From: an uncultured Oligoflexia bacterium
GTDB lineage: Bacteria > Bdellovibrionota > UBA1018 > CAYHWW01
Assembly: GCA_964360145.1 (NCBI GenBank)
Contig: CAYHWW010000004.1
Coordinates: 1-54,858 of the forward strand
Length of the DNA stretch: 54,858 nt
Reading direction: 5' to 3'
Made by a program: the position numbers and the translations under genes. Each line of letters starts with the position of its first letter. Position 1 is the stretch's first letter. The notes below the pieces were generated by a model. The model worked only from the letters and a program-made list of their open reading frames with translations, had not been told where the DNA came from and did not search any database. Below, in pieces: positions 42,503 to 51,530 of the stretch.

Positions 42503-42547
42503 ACGGCAAGGTGCGTCGCCGAAGAGAAAGAGCGTGCCGACATCGAT
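42475..42547. repeat. 73-bp direct repeat copy 2 (promoter module)
   Basis: Identical except 1 nt to 41762..41834. Confidence 0.92.
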
Positions 42548-42585
42548 AAGATCGCTTTACTCTAAGATATGGCCTAAATCGGCGC

Positions 42586-42620
42586 AATTGACGCCACACG
42601 TCAATTGATGGGGGTAAACT
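42586..42620 (+). promoter_or_regulatory. AATTGACG-N5-CGTCAATT operator plus TAAACT -10 (leaderless promoter)
   Basis: Perfect 8-bp inverted repeat; -10 ends 6 nt before ATG 42627; no RBS. Confidence 0.7.
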
Positions 42621-42626
42621 GATTAT

Positions 42627-44123
42627 ATGCAGCTCAAGAAGTCCCCTCAGCGATTCCTCAGTAAGTCCCGCATTATCAAGGGCTTACAGTGCCCCAAGGC
42701 CTTGTATTACAGCGTACATAAGCCCGAACTCGCCGAGCCCCATTCCCCCGATACCCTTGAGCGGTTTAGGCAGGGTGATGAAGTTGGCGCGGCCGCACGG
42801 GAGCATTATGGCAAAGGCGTACTCATCGAGGCGGCACCCTATGAGGTCGAGAAAGCAGTAGAACTCACCCAGGGGGCCATTAAGGCTGGAGCCAAGCGTA
42901 TTTATGAAGCTGGCTTTCTACACAATGGCGTCCAGGTTCGCGTCGATATCCTCGAACGCGACGGCAAGGGCTGGCATCTCAAGGAAGTGAAATCCAGCAA
43001 CAAGGTGAAAGATACCCACATCGACGACCTCGCCATACAGACGTACGTGGCAACAGGCGCCGGGATTACATTGAAGTCCACTTCGATTGTGCATCTCAAC
43101 AACGAATGTAAGGCACCAGACCTTTCAAACCTCTTTGAAGAAGCGCCCATAGTGGATGAGCTGAGCGCATTACAGGAAGAGCTGCCAAATACGATCAAAA
43201 GCCTCCGCGCGATAATCGCAGGTGATGCCGTCCCCAAAGTGAAGATCGGTCCGCATTGCGATGCCCCATACGAATGCGACTACAAAAAGCATTGCTTCAA
43301 GGCCGCAAAATTCCCAACAGAAGAGTCTACCGTATTTAATCTCTACTACTTCCCTAAAAAGACGGCTTGGGCACTGTACGAAAAAGGGGTCTGGAAGCCG
43401 ACAGACCCTGCCGTTTCAAAGCATAAGCTGAAGCTCCAGGCAGAACGACAGATCAAGGCCGAAAAAACAGGGACACGTTTTGTTGACAGCAAAAGCATCC
43501 AGCAAGATCTTAAAAAATGGGATTTCCCCCTGACCGTATTGGACTTTGAGACCATCGGCTTTGCCATTCCAAAATTCAAAGGAATGGGACCCAATGAACA
43601 AGCCCCCTTTCAGTTCGTGACCGCTCAGGTCAATAAACGCGGTGCTATCTCGAACATTGTTGACGTCTTAGCTACAGAGCCAGGTGATCCTCGACCTCAA
43701 ATCATTGACGGTCTTCTCAAGGCGATTCCAGAAACAGGATCTGTAGCTGCATGTTTTGCAGGATTTGAACGCGGGCGACTTCTAGAGCTCGCGGAGTTCT
43801 CACCAAAGCACGCTAAGAAAATAAAACAGATCGCTGATCGTCTAGTGGACCCACAAGAACTGATTCGAGACCATGTATACGATGCGGCATTTATGGGCTC
43901 ATTCAGTCTGAAGTACATTGCCCCGGCCTTGCTTGGTGATCGCTTTGATTACGATAAAATCGCCATAAAAAATGGCACCGATGCGCAAATGCAATACCTG
44001 CGGCTCTGCCGCGGCGAAGTGAGCGGTAAAGAGCGCGAGCAGGTCATCGCGAACCTCAAAGAATATTGCGAGCTAGACGTCATTGCCACGGCTGGGCTCG
44101 TGGCGTGGCTTTTAAAGCAGTGA
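42627..44123 (+). CDS. DUF2779-family protein: Cas4/RecB-like Fe-S PD-(D/E)xK nuclease plus RNase H-like domain
   Basis: LSKS....G.QCPK, VDIL...EVKSS, HC..PYEC....HC, LDFET, SFSLK, YCELD. Confidence 0.8.
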   Translation: MQLKKSPQRFLSKSRIIKGLQCPKALYYSVHKPELAEPHSPDTLERFRQGDEVGAAAREHYGKGVLIEAAPYEVEKAVELTQGAIKAGAKRIYEAGFLHNGVQVRVDILERDGKGWHLKEVKSSNKVKDTHIDDLAIQTYVATGAGITLKSTSIVHLNNECKAPDLSNLFEEAPIVDELSALQEELPNTIKSLRAIIAGDAVPKVKIGPHCDAPYECDYKKHCFKAAKFPTEESTVFNLYYFPKKTAWALYEKGVWKPTDPAVSKHKLKLQAERQIKAEKTGTRFVDSKSIQQDLKKWDFPLTVLDFETIGFAIPKFKGMGPNEQAPFQFVTAQVNKRGAISNIVDVLATEPGDPRPQIIDGLLKAIPETGSVAACFAGFERGRLLELAEFSPKHAKKIKQIADRLVDPQELIRDHVYDAAFMGSFSLKYIAPALLGDRFDYDKIAIKNGTDAQMQYLRLCRGEVSGKEREQVIANLKEYCELDVIATAGLVAWLLKQ

Positions 44124-44166
44124 ACTAAAGCTGCCGTTTACTGCTGAAGCATCAAGGAGTGCCTGT

Positions 44167-45375
44167 ATGGATTCCATTTCCCGTTATTTTCAAGATAACC
44201 CAGCTCTAACCAGTGTTCTGGGTTTATGGAGCGCGGCCCTTCTCACAATCGTGAGTAAGGAGATCCCAGACAGTATCTATCGGTGGATCAAGCGCCAGAT
44301 CATCGTCCAAATCCAGATCCCATGCACAGAGGATGACTTTTTTCGCATCGTGAACTGGCTGGAGTCCAAAGGATACAGCACAGGAACACGGGCCATTCGC
44401 ATCACGAGATCAAAAGTTACAGCCGGAGTGGGCATTCACTACTTCATCCACGAGGGGCGTCTCTTTGTCATGACGCGCAGAAAAGAGGACAATAAGCTCT
44501 CGTACAGAATCAGGGAAGAAATCGAGATTCAAACCTTTGGACGCAGCCAAGCACCACTGCGCAGGCTCATAGAAGCGATCCGACACTTTGAAAATGGTGA
44601 AACTACAATCATCAGCCACTGGATTTCTGAAGCCTGGGTGCGGCTCAATGCTCAGCCTATTCGCAGGCTGAATACGGTCTTTATCCCTGATGAAAACAAG
44701 CAACTGATCCATGACAGCATGAAGCGCTTTCTCGAAGCGCGTTCATGGTACCTCATGCACGGAATACCGTATCGTACGGGGTACTGCTTCTATGGACCGC
44801 CAGGAACAGGGAAGACCACGTTGGCCCGTGCCATCTGTGGTGAGTTCAACCTCAGGCTCTACATTCTGAACCTTTCGAGCTTCACAGACGCAACATTCAG
44901 CGAGGCCCTAGCCAACGTTGAACCTGGTTCGGTAGTTCTCATAGAGGACATCGATTGTTTTCACGAGTCCTGGGTACGTGACTCAGCCAATAGCGGACAA
45001 ATCTACAAACCGTCGAAAGACTCCCTCACATTATCGGGGCTGCTGAATGGCATCGATGGCGCAACCTGCTCTGATGGCACCGTCTTCATCTACACTACGA
45101 ACAGGCTAGAAATGATCGACCCAGCCCTGCTGCGCCCCGGTCGCGTGGACCATGTGCTCTATGTGGGGGCACACACACCCGAGACCTTCGCCCAGGCGAT
45201 GGCGGCATACTATCCCGGCTTTGCAGTCCCAGAGGAGGTGGCCCTGGGGGCAGGTCTGACCCCTGCCCAGCTCCAGCAGCAGGTCATGGTCCACAGGGGT
45301 GATCCACAGGCGGTGCTGCAGGCACTCCGCAACGCAAGAGAGACCAGGGCCAAGTCCTCGGATTTTTGGCATTAA
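44167..45375 (+). CDS. BCS1-like membrane-anchored AAA+ ATPase
   Basis: N-terminal TM, WY...GIPYR.GY..YGPPGTGKT, LIEDID, LTLSGLLN.IDG, TTN...DPALLRPGR.D. Confidence 0.85.
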   Translation: MDSISRYFQDNPALTSVLGLWSAALLTIVSKEIPDSIYRWIKRQIIVQIQIPCTEDDFFRIVNWLESKGYSTGTRAIRITRSKVTAGVGIHYFIHEGRLFVMTRRKEDNKLSYRIREEIEIQTFGRSQAPLRRLIEAIRHFENGETTIISHWISEAWVRLNAQPIRRLNTVFIPDENKQLIHDSMKRFLEARSWYLMHGIPYRTGYCFYGPPGTGKTTLARAICGEFNLRLYILNLSSFTDATFSEALANVEPGSVVLIEDIDCFHESWVRDSANSGQIYKPSKDSLTLSGLLNGIDGATCSDGTVFIYTTNRLEMIDPALLRPGRVDHVLYVGAHTPETFAQAMAAYYPGFAVPEEVALGAGLTPAQLQQQVMVHRGDPQAVLQALRNARETRAKSSDFWH

Positions 45376-45450
45376 TTCGAGGCCCTTTGAATGAAAAACT
45401 CATCAAGTAGTCGGCAGAAAATGCCGAAGAGAGGCCATCGAGGGAAGTCT

Positions 45451-46479
45451 ATGTCCATTGGTCACGGCACGCGGAAGGCCGAGCGCCTCATGCGCATTAT
45501 TCAGATTCTAGAAGGCGCACCCCACGGCCTCAGCGTCCAGGACCTTCACAAGCGCCTCTTCTCTGGCGAAAAGGGCGTGAGCCTGCGCAGCATATACCGT
45601 GATCTCGAAGCACTCAGTAGTTGCGGCCACCCTCTGGTAAAGGACGGTGGCAGCGGAGAAGATGAGCGCGGTGGCCTGTGGCGACTCGAAGGTTCGAGAC
45701 GCATTGGCCATACTCTTCAGATCACGCCTAGAGAACTCATGGGCCTTTTCCTGGCCCGCAGTGCCTTAGAGCCTCTACGTGATACTTACTTCTACAGCGA
45801 CATTGCTTCGATTTTTAAAAAGATCGAAGCGCGACTCGGCGTGAAGAGTGTTGAATACCTGCAAGAGCTCGGGGAGCAGATGCATTTTCAGCCTCTTCCC
45901 AAGTGGGGTCTTGGCGTGAGCCCTGATGTTCTCGATACCATTCATGCTGCCTGCGCAGAGGGACACATTATTGAAGCTGACTACGAGTCGGCACACAATC
46001 AGCAGCGCCGAAAGAGACGGCTAGGGCCACACTATCTGTATTTCTCACGCGGGGCCCTATACCTTGTCGCTGAAGATATAGAATCAAGCCAAATTAAAGT
46101 GTACGCGCTTCCACGGTTCCACGCTGCATTCATGACGGAGGAGGCTTATGAGGGCGAAAAATCAGACCCGCAGCGCCTTTTTGCAGGATCGTTTGGGGTG
46201 TTCACCGGAGAATCTCAGCGCGTGCGCATCGAGTTCCATCCGGAGATTGCACCCTATATCCGTGAGCGCAGTTGGCATCCAAGTCAGCGCGTCGTCGCGC
46301 ATGACGATGGGCGGGTAACAGTGGAGTTTCATGTTGGGATTACACCAGAGTTTTTCCAGTGGGTGCTGGGGTTTGGCAGCCGCGCTCTCGTCATTGAGCC
46401 CGCTAGCCTGCAAGAACGCCTGAGAACCGCAGCCGAATGCATACTAAGGCAGTACAACGATAAGGGGAGGGCAGCGTAA
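45451..46479 (+). CDS. WYL-domain transcriptional regulator (wHTH-WYL-WCX)
   Basis: VS.RSIYRDL..L, R.R..P......GALYLVA, E..WHPSQ, WVLGFG....VIEP..L. Confidence 0.92.
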   Translation: MSIGHGTRKAERLMRIIQILEGAPHGLSVQDLHKRLFSGEKGVSLRSIYRDLEALSSCGHPLVKDGGSGEDERGGLWRLEGSRRIGHTLQITPRELMGLFLARSALEPLRDTYFYSDIASIFKKIEARLGVKSVEYLQELGEQMHFQPLPKWGLGVSPDVLDTIHAACAEGHIIEADYESAHNQQRRKRRLGPHYLYFSRGALYLVAEDIESSQIKVYALPRFHAAFMTEEAYEGEKSDPQRLFAGSFGVFTGESQRVRIEFHPEIAPYIRERSWHPSQRVVAHDDGRVTVEFHVGITPEFFQWVLGFGSRALVIEPASLQERLRTAAECILRQYNDKGRAA

Positions 46480-47399
46480 TGACGCTCATAGATACCGAAA
46501 TGAAACCAAAGAACGAGCCCACGCTCTGGCGAGTAAATGTGATACGCGACATCAAATTCTTTGATTACATAAAAACTAAAAAAGAAATCGGAATGGGTTG
46601 GGCTACCAAGACGGCAACCAAAGATCTCAAAGCCTTTTTGGCTGAAGCGAAATCGACGTTTCAAAATCCAAAAGATTATTCTCGTTGTAAAAGAGCACTC
46701 AATAGGTTTGCCCTTAAAATGAAAATAGATGATCTTTGCTGGACCCGAGATCCCGGACCAAACGGTAGCTACTACCTTCTTCGCATCATTGGTGATTGGG
46801 AGCACACAACTGACTGCTATCACATTGCAGCAGATCTCGTGAACATCAGAAAGTCCATTTGGTTGCCCGTGGGTCCGGTGGGCGCCGTTCCCGGAGCCGT
46901 AGCCAATAGTTTTTCGCGCGGCGGTACGATCCAGCGGATTTGTGATCCTTCAGCATTGCAATATTCGAAGCTCATATGGAACGGGCAACAACCGCAGCAA
47001 GCCTATCCCTTGGAACCTGGAGGTTTGGATATTCTAAATCTCGTCTCGCATGAGGATCTTGAAGATATCGTAGGACTCTACTTACAGGCTCAGGGTTGGC
47101 TTATGATACCCAGTACAGCAAAAGGCAAGAACACTAAGGCTCACGAGTATCAGCTGATTCATAGGACCAGTCAGAACGGCGCACTTGTTCAAGTAAAAAC
47201 CAAAGAAAATATTAATGCGCAGTCGATCCTGCATGACGGCTTAGAATTATTCTTATTTACGATGGGCCAGGTCCACGGGCTATCAAAGCGGGTCACTGTC
47301 ATTTCGCCTGCCAAGATTAAGGCGTTTATAATAGAAAACCCCAGTCTTCAGTCCCCACGGGTGAAAGAATGGATGAAGTACTTCGAACTTCAAAATTGA
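46479..47399 (+). CDS. putative Mrr-like (modification-dependent) endonuclease
   Basis: IGMGW and MKIDDL.W N-terminal domain; C-terminal EDIV..YLQ..GW...E..L...VQVK nuclease-like motif. Confidence 0.5.
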   Translation: MTLIDTEMKPKNEPTLWRVNVIRDIKFFDYIKTKKEIGMGWATKTATKDLKAFLAEAKSTFQNPKDYSRCKRALNRFALKMKIDDLCWTRDPGPNGSYYLLRIIGDWEHTTDCYHIAADLVNIRKSIWLPVGPVGAVPGAVANSFSRGGTIQRICDPSALQYSKLIWNGQQPQQAYPLEPGGLDILNLVSHEDLEDIVGLYLQAQGWLMIPSTAKGKNTKAHEYQLIHRTSQNGALVQVKTKENINAQSILHDGLELFLFTMGQVHGLSKRVTVISPAKIKAFIIENPSLQSPRVKEWMKYFELQN

Positions 47400-47452
47400 A
47401 ACACTCTCAGTCCGTGGACGAACAGAAACGATAATTCATAGATTAGAATCCC

Positions 47453-47602
47453 ATGGCCATCCAACATGACCACGTGAGTCCGATTATCATTGAGCAGCTG
47501 ACGTCAACCTTTGGCCTCCTCCCTCACCCCGAATGGGGCTACTTCAAAGAGACCTACGGGCGACGGAGCAAACTGCACAGGGCGCACTGCCAGCATGATT
47601 AA
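47453..47602 (+). pseudogene. N-terminal fragment of cupin (DUF985-like) protein
   Basis: L.PHPE.GYFKETY motif then immediate loss of similarity. Confidence 0.6.
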
Positions 47603-48603
47603 GCCGCTTTCTGCGCTATCTTTGAGCTCACGCGCTCAAGGGATTTCGAAATAGTAGCATTCGCAGACTCATAGCGTTTCAATGCATGCGCCCTAAATTC
47701 TTGAGACGCAAGGTACTTAGCAAGGTCCGTAAGCTGCTGTGACACAGGAACGTCAGTCTTCAAGTGCTTATTGACGTATATGACCAAGACAAATGCTGGC
47801 ACCGCCCCCAGAATCAAAGGGCCTGGTATAATTGCACTGACGGCAAGGCCTGTGGCGTTCAATAATCCGCCGCGTAGAATACTCTGTTTGTCGATCATGC
47901 AGCGATTGTAGCCAATGCCCAAGCCGACAACTGCAATAATAGCTGTAACCGGATTCATCGCAACCACTGAGCTTAAACCAATGGAACCCAGTGCCTTCGA
48001 GAAGTTTTTCTTGTCGCTGTCACGCCACGAAAACACTAGAGCCAGTGTAGTCAGCGTGCCGGAGAGAAGTGCATCAAAGGCTTCTTGGCCATTAACGGTG
48101 ACCAGGTCGCGTGCGGTTGCCTCGCTGATTCCAACGCCACGAAGCATCGCATACACATTGTCTGAGAGTTCTGAGATGGGCATGCCTGCTGGTGAGGAAA
48201 GGTCAGAGAGATACGCCTCAGCCCACTGCTTGAATGAATCGATACCACCGAGCCCTTGCTGCTCACCAATCTCAAAAGCGCGGCTCAGACTTTCACTAAC
48301 CGTATGCCCACCATCAAGTATGCGATGATTTGATGGCGTCATGGCGACCCCTTCGATCGCGCCCTTCGCCTTGTCCAAAAAGCCCTGGTCCATCGCTCTA
48401 GTCACTTCGTTAGAAAGCGAGTTTAGTGAGCGCCCCCATTCAGAATCTGCAATGATCGTCGCGATGTCTGTTGTCAGACCTGTCGTCGCAATCCATGCTC
48501 CCTTGGCTTTCTCTGCGGCTTTCTTGGATGCATCCCTGAGGCGATCGATGTTTTTTTGCGAGGCAATGTCGCCTACAATTGAGCGTAGCGTACGTTTGGC
48601 CAT
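47599..48603 (-). CDS. hypothetical membrane protein
   Basis: About 334 aa with several C-terminal Gly/Ala-rich hydrophobic helices. Confidence 0.65.
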   Translation of the reverse strand: MAKRTLRSIVGDIASQKNIDRLRDASKKAAEKAKGAWIATTGLTTDIATIIADSEWGRSLNSLSNEVTRAMDQGFLDKAKGAIEGVAMTPSNHRILDGGHTVSESLSRAFEIGEQQGLGGIDSFKQWAEAYLSDLSSPAGMPISELSDNVYAMLRGVGISEATARDLVTVNGQEAFDALLSGTLTTLALVFSWRDSDKKNFSKALGSIGLSSVVAMNPVTAIIAVVGLGIGYNRCMIDKQSILRGGLLNATGLAVSAIIPGPLILGAVPAFVLVIYVNKHLKTDVPVSQQLTDLAKYLASQEFRAHALKRYESANATISKSLERVSSKIAQKAA

Positions 48604-48680
48604 GAAGACATGTCGGCACAATAACTACATTTTTTGAGCCAAAACGCCGATCTCTGACTTATTAGTGACCGCGGCGCCAG

Positions 48681-48715
48681 AATTGACGCCACATGTCAAC
48701 TTTTGGGGGTAAACC
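48681..48715 (+). promoter_or_regulatory. TGAC-N7-GTCA-N11-TAAACC promoter (homolog of 42586 site)
   Basis: AATTGACGCCACATGTCAAC; -10 ends 6 nt before ATG 48722. Confidence 0.65.
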
Positions 48716-48721
48716 ACTCCC

Positions 48722-48958
48722 ATGAAGTTGAAGATGGCACCCAAAATATTCCTTAGTAAGGCCCGCATTATCGAGGGCTTACAATGCCATAAGGCACTTT
48801 ATTACACCGTCCATAGACCCGAGCATCTGAAACGGGTCAAGCTCATGTCCAATACTATTGGGGCAACGAGTCAGCCCCTCAATGACTTCCATAGGTTCTT
48901 AACCTCAAGAAGTTACACAAATGAAGCCTGGGGCTATAAATGGCCGATACCGAAATAA
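48722..48958 (+). pseudogene. truncated 5' end of a second DUF2779-family gene
   Basis: FLSKARIIEGLQCHKALYYTVHRPE matches aa 10-34 of 42627..44123, then diverges. Confidence 0.85.
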
Positions 48959-49848
48959 TGCCGTTACCACATCGTCATCTAGGCATGCTTTATGGTTTGC
49001 ATGCTGGAGATGCATTGGGCGCCACACTAGAGTTCTGTGAGCCAAATGATCACCCCGACACTCACAGAGAAATGCTCGGCGGCGGTCATTTTAACTGGTC
49101 CCCAGGCGCAGCTACTGACGACACTGACCTCATGCTGTGCGTTCTAAGCGAGCTAGCTGAAGGCAATCGCTTCGATACAGAATCCTTGGCACGCAGATTT
49201 GTTAAATGGCTCGCTACCGGGCCGGTGGACGTTGGCGCAACTACACGCCGCGCCATTGTGCGTATGAAGGCCGGGGTACCTTCAACCAACACCGGGGCCA
49301 GTGACGAATACTCACAGGGCAACGGTTCTCTAATGCGGTGCGCCCCACTGGCCCTTCTAGAGACTGACGAGCGAAGCTTGGGAGTCGTGATTGACCAGCA
49401 AGCATCGATGACGCATGCACATCGTACCTGCATTACTTCCGATTACTTGTTGGTGATGGCAATTCGGGATGCATTCTGCGGCGCACACAAAAATGCGATT
49501 TATCTCAACACTCTAAATCGTTCGCGAGTGAGAAGTGCAGAAATTCACGCGCGGCTTGAGGCACTGCCAGATATCCCGTGGCATGAATTAAGCTGCAGCG
49601 GGTATGTGATTGACACCCTCTGTGCAGCCTTTTGGGCATTGATGCATGCGAGTAGTTTTGAGGAATCCCTGATTAAAGTTGTAAACAGAGGAATGGATGC
49701 TGACACCTGCGGTGCAGTAACCGGCGCACTTTGCGGCGCATACTACGGCTTGGAGCGCATGCCAAAGAGATGGCTACAGGCGCTCGAAAAGGCGGAGGAG
49801 ATACAGCGCCTGTATCTGTTAATACGTGCGAGGAAAAATGGGCAATAA
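48940..49848 (+). CDS. ADP-ribosylglycohydrolase (DraG/ARH family)
   Basis: GDALGA, TDDT, GNGSLMR, DADTCGAVTGAL.GA. Confidence 0.93.
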   Translation: MADTEIMPLPHRHLGMLYGLHAGDALGATLEFCEPNDHPDTHREMLGGGHFNWSPGAATDDTDLMLCVLSELAEGNRFDTESLARRFVKWLATGPVDVGATTRRAIVRMKAGVPSTNTGASDEYSQGNGSLMRCAPLALLETDERSLGVVIDQQASMTHAHRTCITSDYLLVMAIRDAFCGAHKNAIYLNTLNRSRVRSAEIHARLEALPDIPWHELSCSGYVIDTLCAAFWALMHASSFEESLIKVVNRGMDADTCGAVTGALCGAYYGLERMPKRWLQALEKAEEIQRLYLLIRARKNGQ

Positions 49849-49925
49849 ACAAGCTGGATCCAATCAATGCCCATTTGACCTGCTCGAATAGAATGTCAAG
49901 ATGATGATGCGACGAAAAGGACACA

Positions 49926-50351
49926 ATGACTTTGAAAAAAATTGCGCCAAAAGCACTAGAAAAAAAGCCCTGTACACACCTTGCGGGCGAGTTTTTTGTC
50001 GCGGCTGAGCTTTCTCGGCGCGGTTACAACGTCGCTATGACGATGGGCAACGCAAAAAAAGTCGATCTTGTCGTCGAGAATGATGGCAGCACCTTACCAA
50101 TTCAAGTTAAAGCACTCGCAAAAAAACAAAATGTCGGTTGGCCACTTAAGCCAGGGCAGTCGTATGGTAAGGATCTCATCTTCGTACTCGTTGTCTTGGG
50201 TGAACCTGGAACTCAACCTGACTACTTTATCGTAAGTGGAGACATCGTCCAAAAACGTCGCAAAGACTACGACACCAGGGGCATTCTCGACATCAATCGA
50301 GTCGGGGAGTTTAAAGACAATTGGCGTTTAATCGAGAGGCGAATCGGATGA
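49926..50351 (+). CDS. small PD-(D/E)xK nuclease-like protein
   Basis: AGE..VAAEL.RRG, VDL.V, IQVK. Confidence 0.7.
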   Translation: MTLKKIAPKALEKKPCTHLAGEFFVAAELSRRGYNVAMTMGNAKKVDLVVENDGSTLPIQVKALAKKQNVGWPLKPGQSYGKDLIFVLVVLGEPGTQPDYFIVSGDIVQKRRKDYDTRGILDINRVGEFKDNWRLIERRIG

Positions 50352-50956
50352 AGAAGAAAAACAGCGCAGCTTCGCTCAAGGCCAAGTATAAATATAAACG
50401 GCTCAGCAAGAGGCCCCTCATAAAGATGGGGACCAGCATCAGGCGTGGGTCTTCTCTGCGAATTCAGTTTAAGGATACAATCACCGAAGCAGATATCGAA
50501 AACGCCTTAAAGATTCTTGGGATGACAGCTAAGGACATTCGCTGTGTATATTGTGGAAATAAAGCAACAACATGGGACCACTTTTACGGTTTGGTGAAAG
50601 ACAAAGAGCCCAGAATTCGCTCCTCTTCAATCTATAATTTTGTGCCATGCTGTCATCGCTGCAATTTCACCCGCGGAACCGAGTCATGGGAAGAATGGAT
50701 AGATGCCCTGAAGAGCAGAGGTGCCTGGTGGGGAATTCAAAAAACGGAAAATAAACGCCTAGCGCGACTACGAAAGTATCAAAATAAATCTCGCCGCATT
50801 AAGGATCTCAGTCCAACAAAGGTATTCAAAAAAGACACTTGGAATCAGTATAAAAATATTTGCGAGAGGGTCATCAAACTGCTTAAAGAAGCTGACACAG
50901 TAGCGAGCAAACTCGATCAACAACTAGAACAGTGGATCTTACGTTCCGCGCTTTGA
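50348..50956 (+). CDS. HNH endonuclease
   Basis: CVYCG...WDH...N.VPCCHRCN. Confidence 0.85.
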   Translation: MKKKNSAASLKAKYKYKRLSKRPLIKMGTSIRRGSSLRIQFKDTITEADIENALKILGMTAKDIRCVYCGNKATTWDHFYGLVKDKEPRIRSSSIYNFVPCCHRCNFTRGTESWEEWIDALKSRGAWWGIQKTENKRLARLRKYQNKSRRIKDLSPTKVFKKDTWNQYKNICERVIKLLKEADTVASKLDQQLEQWILRSAL

Positions 50957-51235
50957 CGACGCGAGTCTTTTTGAATTTCCAGGGTCTTCTTGCTGCGGCG
51001 TAATAAGTGTGAATTTTGAGCCTATTTCCAGCAGTTCTTGGATGACTGGAGTTCACAAGCAGGCCATGGCCTGCAAGCGCAGCGTTGCCCTCTTCGTGAT
51101 CTGAGTAAACCGCTCAGGCGGGGACTTGCGATAAGGTCTGGTTATCACCAAAGGCTTTTGGATTTTTTTGCCTAGCGGCGAACTGCTGACAACCGATGCG
51201 TCTGGTCAGCTGCTCCTCGTCAATGTGGGGTGGTT

Positions 51236-51530
51236 GGGACGATGTACATTTGAAGACTATGACTTCACGACGAAGCGCTCACTCACGAAGGCCCAGCTCA
51301 AAGAGATCGCAAGCCTCGGGTGGCTCCATGAGGGGCGTCCCCTCGTCCTCATCGGCCAGACTGGCGTGGGGAAGACCTTCCTTGGGCAAGCGACCGGGCT
51401 CCATGCCTGTGCGCACAGGAAATCGGCGCTCTTTCTCTCGGTGACCCACTGGATGGAGCAGCAGGCGTTCACCCGGGCGACGGGGACCTACCTCAAGTTC
51501 CGGGAGAAAATGATCCGGCCCGACCTTCGT
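51236..51530 (+). pseudogene. istB: IS21-family IstB ATPase fragment
   Basis: FEDYDF...R, L..L.W, LIGQTGVGKTFL.QA.G..AC; truncated at PDL before Walker B. Confidence 0.8.
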
